57,958 bases of DNA from Pseudomonadota bacterium (lineage in GTDB: Bacteria; Pseudomonadota; Alphaproteobacteria; Rhizobiales; Rhizobiaceae): assembly GCA_023387775.1 (NCBI GenBank), contig JAEWHN010000384.1, positions 1-57,958 of the forward strand. The letters are read 5' to 3'. Under the pieces are notes generated by a model. That model made no database searches, had not been told where the DNA came from, and was given only the letters and a program-made list of their open reading frames with translations. Both the position numbers and the translations under genes were made by a program. This document shows, piece after piece, positions 55,317-57,958 of the stretch; the first letter of the stretch is position 1, and each line of letters opens with the position of its first letter.

Positions 55317-56306
55317 TCAGCGTAGCGCGGCAGCCATGCCCGTGCTGCACAGCGCTGCAGCCTTCACGATGCCGGCGGCAAGAGCCGCTCCCACGCCCTC
55401 GGCGTGCGCGAGGCCGAGATCGAGCACAGGCCGCATGCCGAGCTTTTCCACTGCCTTGCCGAAAGCCGGCTCCGGCGAAAGCTGCGCTACCACGCAGTGC
55501 TCCAGCGCGCGCGGGTTCAGCGCCTGCAGGACAGAGGCCGAAGCGACCGCCGCCAGGCCATCCAGGATGACCGGTATCTTCTCCATGCGCGCAGCAATGA
55601 TGGCGCCCGCGATAGCGGCAAATTCACGCCCGCCGACGCGGCGCAGCACCTCCAGCGGGTCTTTCAGATGATTGCCGTGGAAGGCAAGCGCGGCGTCGAC
55701 CACCTGGGCCTTGCGCGCCACCATGGCCGCATCCGCGCCGGAGCCCTGCCCCACCCAGCCCGCGCCCGAGCCGCCATGGAGCGCCGCCAGCATGGCGGCG
55801 GCAACCGTGGAGTTGCCGACGCCCAGATCGCCTATGCACAGAAGGTCGGTTCCCGCGATCGCTTCCATGCCGAAGGCCATGGTTGCCGCGCAGCCCCGTT
55901 CATCGAGCGCGGCATCCTGTGTGATGTCCTCGGTCGGCAGGTGCAGCGCGAGGTCGAAAACCTTCAGCCCGATATCATGCGCCAGGCAGACCTGGTTGAT
56001 TGCCGCGCCGCCTGCGGCGGTGAGTTCCACCGCGCGCGCCGTCGCTTCCATCGGCCGTGGCGAGACGCCGTGTCGCGCCACGCCATGATTGCCGGCAAAG
56101 ATGGCAACCAGCGGACGATTGACGGCCGGCGGGCGACCGCTCCACGTAGCGAGCCAGGAAGCCAGCTCTTCCAGCCGGCCAAGCGAGCCCGCCGCCTTCT
56201 CGGCCCTCGCGAACTGGCCGCGCACGAGCGCGCCGGCTGCCTCGTCGCCGGCGGGCAGCTGGGCCATCAGGGTGCGGATGTCATCGAAGGGAAGCGCGCT
56301 GGTCAT
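55317..56306 (-). CDS. cobT: Nicotinate-nucleotide:dimethylbenzimidazole phosphoribosyltransferase
   Basis: GSLGRLEELA, FAGNHGV, GGAAINQ and GGREFAAIAGA motifs. Confidence 0.9.
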   Translation of the reverse strand: MTSALPFDDIRTLMAQLPAGDEAAGALVRGQFARAEKAAGSLGRLEELASWLATWSGRPPAVNRPLVAIFAGNHGVARHGVSPRPMEATARAVELTAAGGAAINQVCLAHDIGLKVFDLALHLPTEDITQDAALDERGCAATMAFGMEAIAGTDLLCIGDLGVGNSTVAAAMLAALHGGSGAGWVGQGSGADAAMVARKAQVVDAALAFHGNHLKDPLEVLRRVGGREFAAIAGAIIAARMEKIPVILDGLAAVASASVLQALNPRALEHCVVAQLSPEPAFGKAVEKLGMRPVLDLGLAHAEGVGAALAAGIVKAAALCSTGMAAALR

Positions 56307-56440
56307 GTCGTATTAGCCTGGGCAAATCGTCGTTGCCTGCGGCATAGCCGCCTTGGCTTCGTGGCACAATGCCGAAAGGGCGTGGGGCTTGCATTGGTCG
56401 CACGCCTGTCCCATGTGGTGAATACCAACCGGAACGCTCC

Positions 56441-56674
56441 ATGACGGCAATCGAATCGCCCTGCATACTCGTCTGCTCGGTCGACATGAAGACCGGCTAC
56501 TGCTTTGGCTGCGGGCGCACCCGCGAAGAGATTTCCGGCTGGATCGGCATGACGCCCCAGCGCCGGCGCGAGGTGATGGCGGAGCTTCCGGCAAGGCTGG
56601 ATACGGTGGAGCGGCGCCCTCGCCGCGAAACCCGCCGCGCCCGCATGGCGCGCGAACGCGACGCAGCGAGCTGA
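56441..56674 (+). CDS. DUF1289 family protein
   Basis: IESPCILVC...GYCFGCGRTREEI..W. Confidence 0.9.
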   Translation: MTAIESPCILVCSVDMKTGYCFGCGRTREEISGWIGMTPQRRREVMAELPARLDTVERRPRRETRRARMARERDAAS

Positions 56675-56678
56675 CGAC

Positions 56679-57386
56679 ATGGCGGGCCGTTGGATCTGGA
56701 TCGTTCTGGCGGTTATGGCTGCGGGACTGCTGTTCCTCGTGCTGAACGACATGAGCGGAGGCGCTTCGGGCATTTCCAGCGACACGTTCGGGAGCGTTCT
56801 TTATCTCGGCATATTCGGTGCCGTGATCGGCGCCGGCATCCTCAATGCCCGGCACCGCTTCGGCGACGTGGCGCGAATACTTGGACTTTGGCTGCTGCTG
56901 GCGCTGGTGTTGGTGGCCGGCTACCAATACCGCTACGAATTGCAGGACATTGCCAGCCGCGTCACCGCCGGCCTGGTTCCGGGTAGCCCGATGTCGTTTA
57001 CCGATGCCGATGGACGATCGACCGTGACGCTGGACAAATTGCCGAACGGCCATTTCGAGGCACGGGTCACAATCGACGGCGCGCCGATCCGCGCGCTGAT
57101 CGACACGGGCGCGACCAGCATCGTGCTGACGGCTGCAGATGCCGAGCGCGCCGGCTTCGATCCATCCGCGCTGAACTACACGATCCCCGTCTCGACCGCC
57201 AACGGCAACGCCACCGCGGCCCGCGTGGTGGCCGGCAACATAACGCTTGGTGCGATCACCCGGCGCAACATGCCGGTGCTGGTGGCCGCACCGGGAATGC
57301 TGGGCCAAAGCCTGCTTGGCATGGACTTCATCAGCTCGCTGTCGGGTTTCGACATTCGCGGCGACCGCATGATCATGCGCGACTGA
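56679..57386 (+). CDS. Clan AA aspartic protease (TIGR02281-like)
   Basis: N-terminal TMs; NGHF, LIDTGAT, TANG and SLLGMDF motifs. Confidence 0.92.
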   Translation: MAGRWIWIVLAVMAAGLLFLVLNDMSGGASGISSDTFGSVLYLGIFGAVIGAGILNARHRFGDVARILGLWLLLALVLVAGYQYRYELQDIASRVTAGLVPGSPMSFTDADGRSTVTLDKLPNGHFEARVTIDGAPIRALIDTGATSIVLTAADAERAGFDPSALNYTIPVSTANGNATAARVVAGNITLGAITRRNMPVLVAAPGMLGQSLLGMDFISSLSGFDIRGDRMIMRD

Positions 57387-57390
57387 GAAA

Positions 57391-57958
57391 TCAGGCTGCC
57401 TGGCCGGCGCGCTCCAGTTCGACAGCCGCGAAGGCCTGGTGCAAAACCTCCGGCCCCGCTCCCGGGCGTGTGGCGTCGGTGGAAAGGATTTGACGGAACC
57501 GCCGCGCGCCCGGCTGGCCGTGGAACAGCCCCACCATGTGGCGGGTGACGTGGGCGAGCCGGCCACCACGCTCGATATGACGTGCGGCATACTCTGCCAT
57601 GGCGTCGATCAGCCCCCCAAAATCGAACTCCCGTTCAGGCTCACCAAACAGGACCGCATCGACCTGCGCAAGTATGCCAGGCGTGTGATAGGCAGCGCGG
57701 CCGAGCATGACCCCATCGACGTGATCGAGGTGCCCGCGCGCTTCATCCAGTGACTGAACACCGCCATTGATGCCAATGAACTGCTTGTTGTTTTTTGCCT
57801 TGAGGCGATAGACCCGGCCATAGTCGAGCGGCGGAATATCCCGGTTCTCCTTCGGGCTCAGGCCCTCCAGCCAGGCCTTGCGCGCATGCACCCAGAGCGC
57901 GTCGACACCTGCGGCGAAGACGCGATCAGAAAGTGCGTCGAGCGCCACTTCGGGGTCC
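57391..57958 (-). CDS. dusA: tRNA-dihydrouridine synthase A, 3' part
   Basis: VHARKAWLEGLSPKENRDIPPLDY, INGG and DGVMLGRAAY motifs; 5' end outside the window. Confidence 0.93.
   Translation of the reverse strand, partial: DPEVALDALSDRVFAAGVDALWVHARKAWLEGLSPKENRDIPPLDYGRVYRLKAKNNKQFIGINGGVQSLDEARGHLDHVDGVMLGRAAYHTPGILAQVDAVLFGEPEREFDFGGLIDAMAEYAARHIERGGRLAHVTRHMVGLFHGQPGARRFRQILSTDATRPGAGPEVLHQAFAAVELERAGQAA

Overview
GC-rich Rhizobiales-type (probably Phyllobacteriaceae/Mesorhizobium-like) chromosomal window. A seemingly complete ~43.6 kb temperate HK97-fold siphoprophage (6568..50140) is integrated in the anticodon loop of a tRNA-Pro(GGG) gene. Host flanks: a upp-like unipolar-polysaccharide cluster on the left; GlsB/YeaQ, Lrp, UDG, GST, thermonuclease, a PleC/DivJ-like kinase, cobT, DUF1289, an aspartic protease and dusA on the right. 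The prophage has integrase/xis, a cI/cro switch with five related operators, a replication initiator with iterons, three DNA methyltransferases, a NusG-type antiterminator, head, tail and lysis modules. Most notable: (1) a stand-alone Flp pilin moron behind a perfect CtrA box, in a phage that also encodes a receiver-less CtrA-like DNA-binding domain, GapR and a DnaA domain IV protein, suggesting a phage circuit that taps the host cell cycle to remodel the Tad pilus; (2) the phage replaces the 5' half of the tRNA and carries its own diverged copy of the tRNA promoter region; (3) a left-end stress cassette with a LexA-box gene and an EcfG-promoter Ku gene; (4) paralogous vWA domains in two adjacent tail-tip genes and a cadherin-like domain apparently split between two separate tail genes. 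All family calls come from motif recognition by eye; no database searches were run.
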